From NCBI GenBank assembly GCA_002269645.1, contig NIVC01001163.1, positions 1 to 64,000 on the forward strand: DNA of 64,000 bases, given 5' to 3'. Numbering within the stretch: position 1 is the stretch's first letter; each line of letters opens with the position of its first letter. The translations under genes and the position numbers were made by a program. Shown piece after piece: positions 60,471 to 64,000 of this stretch. The DNA is from Macrostomum lignano. Taxonomy: Eukaryota. The notes under the pieces were generated by a model. The model was not told where the DNA came from and ran no database searches. It worked only from the letters and a program-made list of their open reading frames with translations.

Positions 60471-61159
60471 CTGGCCCGTAGCCATAAGCTTGATTCTTTA
60501 TCTGGCCTTTGAGATAAAAATCTGCCGATCCCTGCTTCGAAAGCCAGTTTGTGGGACGTAGTACTATCATGGTTGTTATCATTTCCCACGCTTTAATCAC
60601 GTCATCTTTCTGGTCAATTAGCAGCCCTGAGAGAAATTTGTATATCTCCAGCTCCACCACCACAGTCTGCAGCAGTCTAACAACCATGGAAATACGCATT
60701 TCTTAGAAGGCCATTTAAATTTTAAAGTACCTTATGCGAATCTTAATGTTAAAATTTTTATGGTGTAACTTATTTAGTAGGATTGCATTGTAATAAGTTA
60801 TTCATTAATTTTTCGATATTTTTATAAACCATCCCACATCGCCTTGATTTGCCATCCTTGTTTAACTGCTGCAGACTTGTCTATTCAGAGGAAAGGAAAG
60901 TGGTTTAAAATTGAATCTCTCGTTAAACTCTCTCCTCTCCACGCCTCTCCACTCGCGGGGGTACAGAGAAGGCTATTAAAAAGTTATTCCAAAACACTGT
61001 ACATTCGCTATGTACATTCAGTCCTATCGCCTGACCCTTCGTCTGAGCTGGGGGAATGAGTGAGTGAGCGGCACAAACAACAGAAAAAGCAGACAAACTT
61101 CACATGCTTACAGTTTCTGTCCTGATTGAGATACAGAGTTGAGACTTTACATGTAGGCA

Positions 61160-61702
61160 GAGAATGAGTCAATAAAGAATTGTGTCAAATTTGAAGTCAA
61201 TCGCTTCACGTGGAGCAAAACTATGGCAGCCGAAAGTTAGGCATTTTAAAACCTATTCACACCCTTTGCCCAGATCGGGAAAGAGAGGCAGGCGGGCGGA
61301 GGTTGGGGTGGCTGCCTCGCTGAAAAAAACAGCCTAACTTTAAAAGTGCACAGCACCGCTCAGGATTAACTTTGAGACTCGAAATTTTACATGATTGTGC
61401 CAAAATAGTTTAAGATTATCTGTGTCAAATTTGAAGATAATCGGTAGAAGTGGAGCGGCGCTATGGAGGATTTAGTGAAAAAATCGCGCATTTTGAGCAG
61501 TTTTTTGTACTTTTAGGTAGGAAGACTTGAGTCTAGGAAGTTAAAAGGTAGCCTAAGACATTCTCCGTAGTAAGTTTAGGGTGGGTGTAAAGTTTGGTGT
61601 CATTTGGTTGAGCGGTTTGGGAGTCCATAGCGATCAAAATTGTCCACACACAGACAGACAGACAGACAGACAGACAGAGTTTTGATTTTTATAGTTAGAG
61701 AT
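61160..61702. mobile_element. Possible non-autonomous Helitron/Helentron-type element (Lep1/HINE-like)
   Basis: Internal repeats TGTGTCAAATTTGAAG..AATCG, an (ACAG)n microsatellite and a TTTTTATAGTTAGAGAT end; resemblance from memory only. Confidence 0.35.
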
Positions 61703-63530
61703 GTATTTAATCAAAACGAAGCCTGAACCCTACATGTACACATTTTTACAATTCCGATAATTCAATCCTGGGATAGTGGTTGGAAATGCGTATTTTAACG
61801 AATTAAAACGAACCATTAGAGTATAGTTGGATATTCGAGATTCTAAGCAGAACATATACGATTAGTAATTTGATATTGGCTACTAACGTAATAATTCCAA
61901 GAAAGTGCAATCCCCTTTCGTAATCCACCAAGCAAAATAAATCCACTGTACAGCAGTCATAACTTCTACACACAATTCTGACGTAATGTCTCTCGTTATA
62001 TGCGCAAAACACATGCTAAATCGGATACATACAGGTATAAGCCAGCCCGACTGAACATTTTTATACAGCTATAGCTATAAATCTACCGATATTCAATTTT
62101 ACAGTTAAGCTAAGCTTTAAGGAAGGAAGGAACAGGAAGGAGAGGTCTTAGAAAGAACGAAAGACTAAAAGATCTAACGATTTTTTATTATAATGATGAG
62201 CTTAATAATATTTTTGATAGTACTCGTAATAAAGCCCCAAACAATTAGTGTCAACAATACAATATATTCTAGAATACACGCCAAAACTACGAGCTACACA
62301 CAGCCAAGGAATGGCAGTAAACCAGGCAGTAATTGGATACATGTATGCAGAGCGAACAGGGGAATTGTTTGCAGGAAGTCGAATTTTATATAGATCTATC
62401 ATTTGTGTTAAGCAAAAGAATCATGCATGTGCGCCACAGTGGCCGCAATTAATAATAGCGTGCGAAGAAGCGCAAATAACTATAATTTTATAATTAAGTA
62501 GTGTGAGAAGGCAATTAGCATTGATTTAGCAGAAAACTTGCTAACTGTAGGAAAATCAAGAATAAATGAAAACAAAAGGATTGTTTTAATATGAACAAAA
62601 ATTAAATATTAGGCGTCGCAAGCCAGCACGGAAAATTGCACTCTGCAGTGCCCGATTTTCTGGAATAGCTAAAAAGACAAATATTACCAATAACAGTTAA
62701 GTTAGAAATCAAAAGCTTTTTGCATAATAACATATTAAAAATTATCGTACAAAACGTCATCCAACTCGCTCAAGTTGCTCTGAAATAATTTATCGCCTAG
62801 ATTAAATAGATTTGATTTAACAAAACGCAACTAAAAACAACAGAAAAGCATCGGGCAGAGCAAAATATAATTAGAATCTGGAAGGTGGGCTTTGGCCGCG
62901 AGACAATTTATTAACAAATTTAAATTAGAAAGCTATTATTACGGTTTGGGCTAGGCTCTGATACTTGTGTCGTGACGATATCAACTATAAAAAGCAAATA
63001 TTCTACTAGCAGTAGAGTATACAGTATACTGCTAATGCTACAAACATTTGCCTTGTTTTTTATTATTTAAAGTATTTTCCTAATTTTTTACTATAAGTAG
63101 AGCATTTAACATACGCTCATTATAATAAAATGTGCCACATTCTGTAGTTTTAAATGTATGGTTTAAGGACAATGCTAGATATAGCAGCTGTCAGTTTAAT
63201 TCATCAATCATGAAGTATTTTATATGGATGTTATTTTCTTGGACTAGCCTAGTGACCATTGAATAAAGCAAGAAAAATTTCCTGGCTTACACAATCGTAG
63301 ATCATCGGTCTTGTTTTACTGTGCTTACGAACATATGCTTAAGCAATTTTCTGCTTCAATACCTGGAGCCTGTCCAACTGTGACTACTTGCGAGTAGCCA
63401 ACCCTAGCACATCATCAATAAAACGTACACTTAGTTTAACTTTAATTTCCATAATAAAATGAAATACGAAGACTAAACTAGCAATTAGACAGCAACCCAT
63501 CTACACAGTTCGTATTAACACATTAACCGG

Positions 63531-63935
63531 CTACTTTCCGCCGCGACGACCCGGCGGTTTCGGCTTGCCAAACTTCTGGCCGGAGTCCACCTGCGGCGGG
63601 TGGAATTCCGTTTGCAAAGCGGACTCGGATAGCTCACTGGCGCTGTCCACCTCTAGCCGGCGATCTGGCTCGATGCCAAACTGCGAGCATTGCTGTAGAA
63701 AGAACGCCCTGCCGCTAGAGTACACCATGCGCTCCTTAATCGGGCACTTGTAGCCGGGCATTGAGTAGGCGAACAGCACCGGGGCCAGGCTCGCGCCCTC
63801 GTGCCGGTGCCGATAGCGGAACAGGTGATAGCGGGGGCTGTCCTCGGGCACCCGGCTGCCAAGCTGGTCGCCAGCCAGCCGCTCCGCCCGGTCCGGACAG
63901 CGCAGCTCCTCCACTGGGCGCAGGGAGATGCTAAC
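63531..63935 (-). CDS. TWF1: Twinfilin, terminal exon (second ADF-H domain and tail); gene continues beyond the window
   Basis: RVPEDSPRYHLFRYRHRHEG...FAYSMPGYKCPIKERMVYSS...FGKPKPPGRRG matches the twinfilin C-terminus; acceptor CCGCAG|GTT at 63936/63935. TWF1 versus TWF2 is not resolvable. Confidence 0.92.
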   Translation of the reverse strand, partial: VSISLRPVEELRCPDRAERLAGDQLGSRVPEDSPRYHLFRYRHRHEGASLAPVLFAYSMPGYKCPIKERMVYSSGRAFFLQQCSQFGIEPDRRLEVDSASELSESALQTEFHPPQVDSGQKFGKPKPPGRRGGK

Positions 63936-64000
63936 CTGCGGTTTTCAGTAGGACAGGTGGGATATTTATTTGTGTTTCCAGCTTAGTTATCAAATTGGGA

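Overview
Eukaryotic (animal) genomic DNA with GC-rich exons, minimal introns of about 90-120 bp and many minisatellites. This architecture resembles the flatworm Macrostomum; that is an inference, not checked against a database. Four genes were reconstructed by hand from splice sites and reading phase: ACTL6/BAF53 (+, 1989-3927; two single-G dropouts, probably read errors), TBL1XR1/ebi (-, 6152-11282; 10 exons, 524 aa), PDZ-type myosin XVIII (-, 19882-44459; 13 exons, about 1864 aa) and the last exon of twinfilin (-, 63531-63935). Every intron longer than about 250 bp holds its own minisatellite. Intergenic DNA is a transposon graveyard: two Merlin elements with TIRs and TSDs, a MULE transposase relic, a Mutator-like foldback built from a 14-bp satellite, a mariner-type MITE, two SAMD3-like/CMC accessory ORF relics and tRNA-SINE pieces. 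Most notable: (1) several unrelated transposon relics show CpG loss plus CpA>TpA/TpG>TpA transitions at conserved codons, a RIP-like hypermutation signature in an animal; (2) a candidate internal first exon would give a motor-less myosin XVIII; (3) two arrays can be traced to mobile-element ends.
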